Source: Utricularia gibba (Eukaryota; Plantae; Magnoliophyta). Taken from it: 64,000 bases of DNA. Shown here in pieces: positions 11,600 through 23,959 of this stretch. A model generated the notes under the pieces. It was not told the origin of the DNA, searched no databases, and saw only the letters and a program-made list of their open reading frames with translations. Within the stretch, counting starts at the first letter, position 1. Each line of letters begins with the position of its first letter. The translations under genes were made by a program, and so were the position numbers. Where the stretch lies: positions 992,001 to 1,056,000 of the forward strand of contig NEEC01000019.1 in assembly GCA_002189035.1 (NCBI GenBank), written 5' to 3'.

Positions 11600-14500
11600 C
11601 TATGAGCTTCGTCTTCTCCGTTTCCTCTTCCCGCGCCGGTCATCGCTATCAGATGATTCACCTGAAGAAGATGATCCTGGCATCATCGGAGTCGGATGCA
11701 GGTGCTGTCTGCTGCTGCATTATGAGCCTCGGCATGTTCTTCAGATACTCCCGCAGGCTCTCGGTGATCCCTCCCAGACCGATCGAAGTGAAGAAGTTGA
11801 TCGCAAACCTCGTATTCTTAGGGTTATCCTTGGGAAGATGGACTCAAAAGACTCCTCCATGCTTGGATCATTGAGGCGTTCGTTAAGCTGCCGAATGCCG
11901 AGGTGCTCCGACACTTCCTGTAAAGCATATCAACTTGATGAAGCGAACAGGAATTAGCAGATCAGAAAACTAACAAGAACAGGCGAAGGAATCCATTGGT
12001 ACCTGTAAGAGAATCTTGATGAAAATACGGGAAGAAGAAGTTGTATCTTCTTCCGTCATTTTGGCAACATTGCGCAGTTTGTTGGTCCCCAGCCTATGGA
12101 TCATGGAGTACTGCTGGACAAAACACGTATCGAAGTTCTCCTGATAAATTTTCTTCTTCATACAGAGGGTACCTCCGAGGAGGCCATAGAATTGGAGGTA
12201 GATTCGCTCCTGACTGCAGCACCCCAGCAGCATGATGCACAGTTCCATCTGCGGGCCACATGAAGAAGGCATGGAGTACCAGATATGCCAAGAGTACAGG
12301 AAGCTTGTTCAATGAAAAAGCACTTACTTCCTGCCCAGGCTCAAGCTTGATGCATAGCAACTTGTGCCCAGCTTCTTCATATGTAGCACTTGACATTATT
12401 GTCAAGTAAATTGTTCTTCGAAGATTGATTAAGTTGGTCTGTCTCATCCTTTATTTTCATTTCTTCTTCTTCTTCTTCTTACTCCGACTCCTCGTCATCG
12501 TCGTCTGAGTCCCCCTCCGCATCGTTGTCATCAGATTGTTCACCCAGCATTTGCTTCTTTAGGTCTTCATAGTGCTTCTCAATCTCAGTGAACTGAGGAT
12601 CAGGCTTGAAAATATCTGAATCAACTAGCATAGTGCGTCAGAGAGGTGCTACTTGACGGAGCAAAACTATTGCATAATTCAAACAAGCTTGTGATACCTT
12701 GGGCTATTTCAGGATCTATCTCATCGCTGAGGGAGACTTCATGGGTTAATTGGTCTTCCTCCTCAAGTAGATCCAATTCTGGACGAACGGCGGGATGATC
12801 CTGCAACACCATCAAATAAAGCAAGCAACGCATATGACTCTTTGGAATACGAATCCGGTGATAGATATCTGACCTGAAACTTAGCTCTTCGCAACCCAAA
12901 CACGCATGTCAATTCCTCCTTCGGTGAGAATTCCACGAAATCGGTCAAATATAACTGTTGGGAGAGGGGACCAAGGGGTTTAGGTGACAACAAAAAAAGA
13001 AAAGGTAGTAGAGAAGTACTTGGTAGTAACTAGATAATATCGTAGAATATGAATTTGTTCATTTGAAAGGAATTACATGTTAGAAGAGAAATGGCTCACC
13101 ATTCAACAACCGAGGAGAAAGGTCCTGCAGTATGGCTCCACATTCTGTGACAAAACCAACTGCAACTTCAACACTATCATCAGTAGCCTTCTCCAGCAAC
13201 AGAACCAACAACTCAAGAGCGATAAGCTCATGCATTACCTGCTGGTTTACCAGATGTGCAATGAATTAAACTGCGGCAAAGAGTTGAGGCTGCCAAAAAT
13301 CCTCAAACATAAAGATCATGTTTGAAGTCTGAAAAAGAAAAAAGACAGTAGAATATCAAAAGAAAAGAAACCAAGCCGCAAACCTTGTCATTGCGCTTGT
13401 ATGCACGCTGAAACTGCAATATGATCCTCCAACAAAAAATCACCCATTTCTGGGAATTTCGTGTTGAAGACAGATACTAGAGCTGCAAAAACATCTGTAA
13501 AACCAGGAGAAGCCATCTGAGACTTCATACATGACCGAGAAAATAGCCCTCTTCCACGTATCAGATTCTCAGCAAACAACTCAGGAATAATATTCTTTAT
13601 GTTAGTTGCATTCACCTTATTCACCAACCCGTTAATGCTTTTCCTCAAGGCATCCCAAGTCATTCTCTGGTAGTCAATGCTGCTCTTGTCCTGGATATCT
13701 TTCATCCTGGCCAACTTGCAAGGTGGAATATACATTCCCCCAATTCTCCCCAAGTTTGCATTTGGCGCAGCATTGCTTTCCAGCTTTTTCACCGTTGATG
13801 AATCACTTCCTGGTAATCTCCCATCATATTATTAGTCCTGCCATTCCCATTACTCGATGCATGTACATCGCCAATATCATCATTTTGTTTATATTCTCGC
13901 CTGCTCTCCCTAACCCACCGCCTCTCTCTCTCTCTCTCTCTCGTGTCGTCCCCCTCATCATCATACTTACTGTAATATTCCACCTCTTTGTGCATACACT
14001 CGTCCTTCAGAATCGTCATCATCACCTTGTCTTTCTACACTGCCATCTTTCCATCCATAATAAACCTTTCGTTTATCAGCCCTATCTCTTAGAGCCCTCT
14101 TGTCAGCAACATCTTCATTACTTCCCCCTGGACTCCCATCTTCATTGATGCATCCGTCACCCCGACCTGTCTTACCACCCTTTTCAACGTCATCATCATC
14201 CATTTGTCTTTCCCTCCTACGTTCCTTCCTACCATCATTCCTCCTTTGCCTGTCAACCCTATCTCTCTGACCCCATCTTCCAACATCATCCTCATCTCTA
14301 CGTCTTTCGCTCCTTCATCCCTTCCATTATCATAATTGTATCTTCCATCCCTACCTCTGTCCATTTCAACATCGCGTTCATCACTTCGCCTATCTTTTCT
14401 AACACTCATATCATCATGCACGCGTTTTCCGCTAATACCACTGCAGCCCCCTTCACCAAAATCATTGTTATCCCTCCAACCTTCACTTTTATCATCCTTA

Positions 14501-15189
14501 CCGTAATCATGCTTTTTCTTTCTACCCTTCTCACTATGATCCTCCTTTTTGACATCTCTGGCTCTTCTAAAATCCCCCTGCCATGATATCCTTTGGATAT
14601 GCCATGTCTATCTCTGCAATCCACCTTTTCAGCCTCAGCACCCTGGTTCCATTCTCTTCTCTTACTACTGTCTTTTCTAGGACTGTCAGAATCATGTCTA
14701 TCACCTTCTACATCGCTATCCTTATCATGCTCAGAGTCATAATATTTTTGCCTGTCCTGACCCGAATTTTAAATATTAGCATTTGAAAAGTAGCAGCATG
14801 GGTGGCATACACCACTAATTTTTGCAAGAAAGTCCAATTTCAGCCACAGATATGACTCTATATAGCTAGCTAACAGAAGAACGTAGTCACAATAAGAAAC
14901 TTCGAAGCGCTACAGCCGCCAGAGAAAAAAAAAATGGTATAAAATAAATAATAAAAAAGGCGAAGAGGAGTAATTTATCGATTTACAATGCAACAAACGC
15001 ATACTTTTAAACTACACGAATGGCTAAGTGCAAAGCTCATACACATCTTTAGCAGCAACAAAAATTCAACACCTCCAGTACTAGCAGCCCAAACACTATT
15101 AGTAACTCGAGCTGATTAACATAAGAAATAATAACTATTTACTGTGAGGCGCTGGCTACTTACCGTTTTGCGATTCTTGTGCCATCCAT
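11600..15189 (-). pseudogene. CWC22: Pre-mRNA splicing factor CWC22 (MIF4G + MA3) pseudogene with introns retained
   Basis: Recognisable blocks are [113 protein letters not shown] and [17 protein letters not shown]. They are interrupted by in-frame TAA at 13266-13268 and 12479-12481, several frameshifts and two internal deletions. Confidence 0.9.
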
Positions 15190-16536
15190 TTTCCAAATCT
15201 TTTGGTATGATTAACTGGAATTGCACTCTTTCACTTTCTCACAGCGCTCCAGCAGTGGAGTTCCGATTTTGTGTCACCAAATCCATCAACTCAGCAGAAG
15301 ACTTCTTCGAGGGTTAACCAACCAGCGTCACTCCCACCTTCGGAACCAGAATTTTGAAATCGTTATCCGTTAAACATGAAATCTGCGATAAAAAGAAAAC
15401 ATATTACCAGAGAAGTTAATTGAACTTCCATTAACTAATGGATCGAAGTTTCTGAATCAAAAAATTGGAAAATGAGTCCCTATGACCTGTAATACCCGGG
15501 CTCAGGGCCCGCGGTAGTATGGCGAAGGAGAGGGTGCAAGGTGGCGTGTGACTTGGCTGAACAGTTAATTGAGACCAGCATGGACCCAAGCATGGACTAC
15601 AGGGTCTTCAGGCTAGGCTCGTCGAATTTAGGTAGAATCCGTTAGGTCTACGTAGAGGTCCAATTAGTGGAAACAAACCCTGGGCGGGAGGATCAACATT
15701 TGGAAGAAAGAAGACGCACGCCCAAGGGAGAAAGAAGGAGAACTTGCGCCAAAGGAGAAGAAACTCGTGCAAAGGTAAAGACTTTATGGTAGAACTATGC
15801 TGCAGGATAGATTTGGTGGAAGCTAGGTTAGTGTGCCGAGATATGGTTCATGATCCTTAAATCCTCAGTGTGATCGAGGCATTGTGAGCTACGGTGGGAT
15901 TGGGGAGTGCACCCCCAATGGCAACATGACGAAACCGTGGATGGTAATGCCACATGAGCAATAAGCGGGGCCATCGAACTACGGTTATGACGGCAACGCT
16001 GAGCACTCGTGCTCAATGGGAGAGATGCCAAACGTGTGGGATTCTGTGTGGATAGGTGCTTGGACTAGTTACGAAAACAACGGAGATGCCTTGGATGGGC
16101 AGCATGTCGATATGAGAAGTTACTGAGATGCCTCGCAAGTGCAGTGTGTGGGAAATTGTGGCGATACTTTTTGTGGATGAGAAACTTCGTGGATGTATAT
16201 AGTTTATGCTTAGAGAGGAGCCGTGTGACATGGGACTAACTCCCCTTACTCTTTCCTATGTAGGTGGCGTGGCTGATGGCGAGACGAGTGCAGCAGAGAC
16301 GGATGTGGATTGAGGCGTGATTGGTAGGATGTGTGGAGGATGGTTGTGTGGCGAGGCTTGCTGCCTTATTTCCCTCTTCGTGACTTAGTATTATTTTCCT
16401 TGCTTGTTGAGCTCGTTTTCCCTTATGTTGTGGCGTCGTGCACCTAGGCTTGCTACCTTGTGTTGGAACCTTGACTCTTGTTGCTTGATAAAATTGCTAT
16501 TGCGTTACATGTGCTGCATGATGAGTCATGGCGAAG

Positions 16537-17120
16537 TGATGAGTCACATGAAGATAATGAAGTGTATTTAAAAAATGATGAGAAGTTTGTCCAAGTGAAC
16601 ACATTAGAGACAAAGATGATTCCAACGGGACCAATGACTAGGAGCAAGAGCAAGATGCTTGAAGATACACTTAAGGCTATACTCAATACAATTAGAATTA
16701 AACATGGGCTTGAAGACATCCTATCAAAAGAGCTCAACTATTTGAAGATGGATTTATCTTAGAGCATTGGGCTTGTTGTTTGACCCAAGTAATGTTAGAG
16801 TCCAATCCTAGAGTATAAATACTCTAAAATTGTACTCTTTAAGGATCTTTAGTCATTTCATGTATGTTGTGAGGATTCTACTTTTCTTTGAGTGTTTGAA
16901 CACTCTTAACTTATCAAGTTTTGAGCATGTGGCGTTCTAGGATTATCACTTCCAATCAATCACTCTTTTCTAAAGTGTGGCTCCTAATTTTCTTTGTTTT
17001 GAAGTCTGATTGCAAGAGATTCATTCTCTTGAGGGTAGACTTGGGTGGGTTCTCTTCTAAGCTTCAAAATCACCTCTTGTTCGTGGGTTGCTAATCTCTA
17101 TAGATTAGAAGGTCACATCA
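16537..17120 (+). repeat. CRM 5' LTR
   Basis: TGATGAGTCAC...GGTCACATCA. Manual comparison with 22327-22909 gives about 26 substitutions and one 1-bp indel (about 95% identity). Confidence 0.95.
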
Positions 17121-17122
17121 TT

Positions 17123-17134
17123 TGGTATCAGAGC
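17123..17134 (+). other. Primer binding site (initiator Met-tRNA)
   Basis: TGGTATCAGAGC lies 2 nt after the 5' LTR end; this is the standard plant tRNAi-Met PBS. Confidence 0.93.
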
Positions 17135-17647
17135 ATTCCGATACTTCACCCATTGCAACAAGTAATATATTTCCTATTCTCTTTTATTTGAATAACTCAT
17201 TCCTTCTCATTTTACTTGTCCCTACATCTCATTGGACTTTTCTCTTTCTTTATTGCCCATCCCTCTTTTTCTACAATCCCACAAGTAACGTACCTCGGGT
17301 TTAGTGCCCTTCCACCTAATTTTCCTATTCTCATTTGTTCATTGTCCATTCTTTTGGTTTATGCACTGCAACAAGCAACAAACTTACATCCATCACACTT
17401 CTCCTCTGTATCGTGAGTCAGTTAACACTGCCACCCTCACCAAACCCCATCATGACACCTTAACCCATACCAATTTGGAAGTGATTAGTTCGTTAGATGC
17501 CATGAGAACAAGCATGATGACATTAAAGAGTGCATCAAGGACTTGAAGCTTGAGGATTGAGTGTTAAACCTTGTGTGTGTTTCGTAGTTCTTTTAGTTTA
17601 GTCTCTTTTCTTCCTTGTTGCTCGTTTTCTTTTGTCTTGTATTTAGG

Positions 17648-20600
17648 ATGTCAAATTCCAGAAGTGAGCATGAAAAGGATGACTCACCGGATGAGAGGTT
17701 CACTTTGAAAGCTATGCAACAGGAATTCACAAGATTGCATCGCATTCTGGAAAACATAAATGTCAGGCTTGATGAACACGAAAATTCTTTGCAAAATGTT
17801 GCAAGAGCCCGAAGACAAGATAATTATGCTGCTGGAAGGGGTCGAGGCATTCAAATGCATCAACGCATCAACACTGAACATGACTTAAGTGATCAACGAA
17901 GTGCAAGGACCGTTGGAAGAAGAGATCGAATCCTGAATTCTGATGAAGAAGATGACTACCTTGAACATGGTGAAAATGATTTTGTACAAGGTGATACAAG
18001 AAGATTTCGAGATCAGGGAGGCAGAAGAGATGGAGGAAGAATTGGAAAGGATCTTAACAACATCAAGATGAAGATACCTCAATTTTAAGGAAAGAATGAT
18101 CCAGATGCATATCTCCAATGGGAAACAAGAGTAGAACATGTGTTTGATTGCAACAACTTCTCTGAAGAAAAGAAAATCAGATTGGCCTCCATGGAATTTA
18201 GTGACTATGCTGTAATTTGGTGGGATCAATTGGTTGCTAAAAGAAGGATTGACTCTGAAGAACCAATTCATAATTGGGCTGAGATGAAAAGAGTCATGAG
18301 GAGGCGATTTGTTCCAAACCACTACCAAAGAGATGTTTATCAACGTTTACAGAATCTCAAATAGGGATCAAGGTCAGTGGAGGAATATTGGCAGGAAATG
18401 GAGATCTTGATGATTAGAGCCAATGTGCATGAAGATAAGGAAGCAACCATGGCTAGGTTTCTTCATGGGATGAATAAGGAGATTGGAAATATTGTGGAGC
18501 TTCATCACTACATTGAGATGGAGGACATGATTCATATGGCCACAAAAGTTGAGAAACAACTATCTAGCAAGAGTTTCTCTCGAGATTTCAACAAGAAAAC
18601 TTCTGGTTCGAAATTTGGAGGCACCAAGGAGATGCTGGAGAAAAATAAAGGGAGGTCCTCCATGGAAAACTTCAAATTCGACATTCCATCAAGTTCCAAG
18701 CAAGGAGAGCGAACAACACCTCCAAAGGGCACTACAAGGAACATAAAATGTTTCAAGTGCTTGGGGCATAGACATATTGCTTCTGAATGTCCAAATAGAC
18801 GAGCAATGGTGATAAGAAGCAATGGAGAAGTGGTTAGTGAAGATGAGGATGATCTGGTGGAAACAGAAGCTGAATTGAGTGATGAGGATGAATTGCCTGT
18901 TTCTGGAGAAGTATTAGTAACTCGAAGGACACTTAACATTGGAGTGAAGGATAATGATGAACAAAGGGAAAACTTGTTTCAAACTCGGTGCTTTGTTAAT
19001 GGAAAAGTCTGCAGCCTGATTATTGATGGAGGTAGTTGCACCAATGTTGCCAGCAACATCTTGGTGGAGAAATTGAGACTACCAACCGTGAGGCATCCTA
19101 AGCCTTACAATTTACAATGGTTCAATGAAGGAAGTGAGGTAAAGGTTACCAAACAAGTACTTGTGACGTTTTCCATAGGGAGATATGAAGATGAAGTTCC
19201 ATGTGATGTTGTCCCTATGCATGCAAGTCATATTCTTCTTGGGAGGCCTTGGGAATATGATAAAAGAGCATTTCATGATGGTTTCAAGAACAAGTATTCG
19301 TTTAATCATAATGGACGCTCCATCACACTTGCTCCATTATCTCCAAAGGAGGCACATGAAGATCAAGTCAAAATCCTTAGTGATGCTAGAGCCCTGCATA
19401 GTGCTAATGGAAAACACCAGGAGGTCGTGCCTAAGGGAGAAGAGATGAGTGGAGTGAAAATGAGTTGAAAAAAAATTCGAAAAAGTGGAGAGAAAAGAAG
19501 AGATGGGAAGGAATTGAGTGAAAAAATGGATGACAATGAGTGCAAAACAAAAAGTGGAAACATTAGTGTTTTAGAAATTGAGAGAATGGATGAGAGTCTA
19601 TTAGCAAGACCAAGGGAAATTAGACACTCACTTCATGCTAGGCTACCAATTCTTCTACTTATGTACAAGAATGAAGTTACTACTTTCCCTAACAATACTT
19701 CACCCATTCCATCTTGTATTGTGTCTGTCTTACAAGTATATGAAGATGTATTTCCAAAAGAACTTCAAGGCCTACCTCCCCTTAGAGGGATTGAGCATCA
19801 AATTGACCTTGTGCCTGGAGCACAACTCCCAAACCGACCAGCCTACCGAGCTAATCCAGAGGAGACGAAGGAAATACAAAAGCAAGTTGAGGAATTGATG
19901 TCTAGAGGATTTGTGCATGAGAGCATGAGCCCTTGCTCTGTGCCGGTGTTATTGGTTCCAAAGTCTGATGGAACTTGGCGGATGTGCACTGATTGTCGAG
20001 CCATCAACAACATCACAATCAAGTATAGACATCCTATCCCTAGACTTGAAGATATGCTTGATGAATTGCATGGTGCTTATGTTTTTACTAAGATAGATTT
20101 GAGAAGTGGATATCATCAGATTCGAATGAAGGAGGGTGATGAGTGGAAAATCGCTTTTAAAACTAAGTTTGGTTTGTATGAGTGGGTTGTTATGCCTTTT
20201 GGATTAACTAATGCTCCTAGCACCTTTATGAGATTGATGAATCATGTTCTTAGGCCTTTTATAGGTAGATTTGTAGTTGTTTATTTTGATGATATTCTGA
20301 TATATAGTAAGAGTATTGAGTAACATGTAGGGCATTTGAAAGATGTGTTAGATACTCTTAGAAAAGAGAAGTTGTTTGCCAACATCAAGAAGTGTGTTTT
20401 TTGCACAAATAGTGTCTCTTTTCTTGGGTATGTTGTAAGCGATGCAAGAGTAGGTGTAGATGAAGAGAAAGTGAGAGCAATAAAAGAATGACCAACACCT
20501 ACTTCAGTTGGTGAAGTTCGGAGTTTTCATGGTTTAACAAATTTCTATAGACGGTTTGTTAAGGACTTCAGCTCTATAGCAGCACCCCTCACTCAATTGA

Positions 20601-22552
20601 TCAAGAAAAATCATGCATTTCATTGGGGAGACGAGAAGGAACACGCCTTCAAACAACTCAAGGATAAGCTTTGCTCAACACCTCTCCTAGTACTTCCAAA
20701 TTTTTCTGATAGTTTTGAAATTGAATGTGATGCATCAGGTTTAGGTATTGGTGTGTATTGATGCAAAATGGACGTCCACTTGCTTATTTTAGTTAGAAGC
20801 TTCATGATGCCACCCTCAACTATCCAACATATGACAAAGAGTTGTATGCATTGGTTAGAGCTTTGGAGACATGGCAGCACTACTTATGGCCTAAGGAGTT
20901 CGTGATACACACTGATCATGAGTCTCTCAAACATTTGAAGGCTCAAGGAAAGCTGAATAAAAGACATGCTAAGTGGGTGGAATTCATTGACACATTCCCA
21001 TATGTGATCAAATACAAGAAAGGTAAAGAGAATGTGGTTGTTGATGCTTTATCTCGAAGGTACACTCTTTTAGCCACACTTGATGCGAGAATTCTTGGGT
21101 TTGCTTCCATTATTGACTTATATGCTGATGATCACGATTTTAAGGACATTTATAAGGCATGTGAACGTGCTCCATCTGGACTATTCTTTAAGAAAGATGG
21201 TTTTCTTTATAGGAAAGATAGGCTGTGCATTCATTCTTGCTCCATACATGATTTGATTGTTAGAGAAGCTCATGGTGGGGGACTAATGGGACATTTTTGT
21301 GTTAAAAAGACTCTTGATACTCTCACCCAACATTTCTTTTGGCCACACATGAGAAGGGATGTTGAAAGAATTTGTAATAGATGTATTTCTTGTAGGAAGG
21401 CTAAATCAACCACTGCCCCTAATGGTTTGTATACTCCACTCTCTACCCCTTCCCAACCATGGGTGGATATTTTATGGACTTTGTTTTAGGCTTACCTCAT
21501 ACCCAAAGGGGTAGAGATTCAATTTTTGTTGTTGTGGACAGATTTTCAAAGATGGCACACTTTATTCCTTGCCATAAAACTGATGATGCATCTCATGTGG
21601 CAGATCTCTTCTTTAGGAAAGTTGTTAGACTTCATGGTATGCCTCTCACTATTATCTCTGATCCAGATACCAGATTTCTCAGTCACTTTTGGAGAGTTCT
21701 TTGGAGTAAACTTGGCACTAAGCTGTTATACCCAACAACATGTCACCCTCAAACTGATAGGCAAACTGAGGTAACTAATCGCACACTTTCTACCTTACTT
21801 AGGATCAAATCTTAAGACTTGGGAGGAATGTTTGCCACTTATTGAGTTTGCTTACAATAGAACCATGCATCTCATTACTAAATTATCTCCCTTTGAAGTG
21901 GTTTATGGCTTTAATCCTCTTACACCTTTGGATATTTTACCTTTGCCTTGTGATGATAAAGTTAGTTTAGATGGCAAGAAGAGAGCTGAAGCAATCAGAA
22001 GATTGCATGAGAAGGTGAAACAACAGATTGAATGCAACAATGCAAAGTATGCATCAACAGCAAACAAGGGGAGACGCAAAGTTGTATTTGGACCTGGTGA
22101 TTGGGTTTGGCTTCATCTCAGGAAGGAGAGATTTCCCACCAAGAGAAAGTCAAAACTTCTACCTCGTGGAGATGGCCCTTTCCAAATTGTTGAGCGCATG
22201 AATGATAATGCATACAAGCTAGATTTACCAGGTGAGTATTCTGTTCATTCAACTTTCAATGTTGCTGATTTGTCTCTTTTCGACATGATACAGATTCAGG
22301 ACGAATCCTCTTAAAGAAGGGGGGGATGATGAGCCACAGGAAGACAATGAAGTGTATTTAAAGAATGATGAGAAGTTTGTCCAAGTGAACACATTAGAGA
22401 CAAAGATGATTCCAACGGGACCAATGACTAGGAGCAAGAGCAAGATGCTTGAAGATACACTTAAGGCTCTATTCAATACAATTGGAATTAAACATGGGCT
22501 TGAAGACATCCCATCAAAAGAGCTCAACTACTTGAAGATGGATTTATCTTAG
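17648..22552 (+). pseudogene. gag-pol polyprotein of the CRM element, disabled
   Basis: Domains seen: gag (KIPQF..YLQWE..WWDQL), zinc knuckle CFKCLGHRHIASEC, protease IIDGGSCTN, RT YFDDIL, RNase H ECDAS, integrase [10 protein letters not shown] and [16 protein letters not shown], and GPFQI. Stops occur at about 18086, 18362, 19466, 20321 and 20489, and frameshifts in RH and INT. Confidence 0.92.
22313..22326 (+). other. Polypurine tract
   Basis: AAAGAAGGGGGGGA lies immediately before the 3' LTR start TGATG. Confidence 0.92.
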
Positions 22553-22909
22553 AGCATTGGGCTTGTTGTTTGGCCAAAGTAATGTTAGAGCCCAATCCTA
22601 AAGTATAAATACTCTAAAATTGTACTCTTTAAGGATCTTTAGTCATTTCATGTATGTTGTGAGGATTCTCCTCTTCTTTGAGTGCTTGAATACTCTTAAC
22701 TTATCAAGTTTTGAGCATGTGGCGTTCTAGGATTATCACTTCCAATCAATCACTCTTTTTTGAAGTGTGTCTCCTAATTTTCTTTGTTTCGAAGTCTGGT
22801 TGCAAGAGATTCATTCTCTTGAGGGTAAACTTGGGTGGGTTCTCTTCTAAGCTTCAAAATCATCTCTTGTTCGTGGTTGTTAATCTCTATAGATTAGAGG
22901 GTCACATCA
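22327..22909 (+). repeat. CRM 3' LTR
   Basis: TGATGAGCCAC...GGTCACATCA; direct repeat of 16537-17120. Confidence 0.95.
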
Positions 22910-23237
22910 TCAAGGGATCTAGCAAGGGATGCCATCAAGGATCGCCAGGTGCTAGAAATGGCGGAGTGGCAAAGGAAAGATGCATCCTTAACCGCATTCC
23001 TAACCCGCCCCATGATGATTGGGACACCAATACTGAGTGTTAGGTGTCGGTAATGGCCTTAACGTATTGGGTGCAGGTTATGGGTCGTTACAATGACCAG
23101 TCGCAAAAATATCGAGAAAAAACTTGAAGATCCTGCAAATGAAGAACTTCTCAAGAACCAGAGAACAAAGAAAGCGCCAAAAATGGAGATCAAAATGTAT
23201 GTCCTATTCCTGTTGAAAGAAAACCGTTGGATGGGAA

Positions 23238-23460
23238 TGGGCTTAACATGTGGGCCGAGCATCTTTTGGGCCGAGGCATTAAAGGTAGGGATGAAAGTTA
23301 AAACCCAAGCTTGTGAGCCAGCTCAGCTCAGTCCTAAAAACATCAGACTTGGGTCTATACATTAATGACCTAAAAGATTGTCAGGCTGGCCCGAATCCCT
23401 AAGTCCTTAGGGCCGATTGGGTTTTGGGCCTTAAAGTTTGATGGGTCTAGGGCCAATTTA
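23238..23460 (-). promoter_or_regulatory. Cluster of site II (TGGGCY) motifs; probable original CWC22 promoter
   Basis: TGGGCT at 23238 and TGGGCC at 23251, 23267 and about 23426. They lie upstream, in the minus sense, of a pyrimidine-rich leader-like stretch (23100-23190) that is contiguous with the CWC22 leader once the insertion is removed. Confidence 0.5.
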
Positions 23461-23847
23461 AAATTAGAATTTTTATATATAATAATTATAATTATTTTTA
23501 ATTTTGAATATTTAAATTCATTTTATATATATTATTTTATTTTTAGTATAGATAATATAAATTAATAATATATATAATAATTTTAAATTTTTTTCTATAA
23601 ATTATTTAAATAATATTAAAACATATATATTAATGTTTAATAATTTTTTAAAATTTTTTATTTATTATACAGTAAACCCGTGGGTCGGGTAGAGACAGCT
23701 CGGTCTTATGAATAATCGGGCTAAAGTCACGTTAATCATATTTTTATGTATATGTAATCGGGCTTTAACCCGACCCTAACCCAAAACTTGGCCAGGTACT
23801 CTGAAATAGGATCGGGCCAGCCCGGCTCGGCCCAACTTTCATCTGTA
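23371..23847. mobile_element. Degenerate non-autonomous hAT-like element
   Basis: GC-rich ends carry inverted subterminal GGCTGGCCCG motifs around an AT-rich core, and the right end tttcatctgta resembles a hAT terminus. No TSD was found. Confidence 0.3.
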
Positions 23848-23959
23848 AGGGCATTTTCGAGGAAAGTTCCTTCTGGTTGCTCTGTGGCTTCCTTTGCACT
23901 TATTATAAAGCAGGAGCATCGGCGTTTACTGAGCGAACAGCAACCAGCTTCACCACTCG

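Larger units (their letters stand above)
16537..22909 (+). mobile_element. Full-length but decayed CRM-clade (centromeric chromovirus) Ty3/gypsy LTR retrotransposon
   Basis: Two LTRs of about 583 bp with TGATG..CATCA termini, a PBS, a PPT and domain order gag-PR-RT-RH-INT. The integrase tail with GPMTRSKSK extends into the 3' LTR. Confidence 0.92.
15488..23092 (+). mobile_element. Solo LTR (Ty3/gypsy, Tekay/Del-like termini) of about 1.23 kb, interrupted by a nested CRM element; own segments 15488-16536 and 22910-23092
   Basis: Termini are TGTAATACCC and GGGTCGTTACA (TG..CA, inverted TGTAA/TTACA). ATGACC flanks both sides (15482-15487, 23093-23098). It has no internal coding region or second LTR of its own. 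Lineage and orientation are inferred from the termini only. Confidence 0.8.

Noticed and set aside
13723-14786. Several short ORFs on both strands
   Set aside because: They are frameshifted pieces, or the antisense, of the low-complexity R/D-rich CWC22 N-terminal exon.
16453-16762. 94-aa ORFs at the 5' LTR as host genes
   Set aside because: They are the LTR-encoded integrase tail and its antisense frame, repeated at 22249-22552.
15488-23092. Outer element as a full-length retrotransposon with its own LTR pair
   Set aside because: Its two segments (15488-16536 and 22910-23092) are not repeats of each other, and all coding domains lie between the CRM LTRs.
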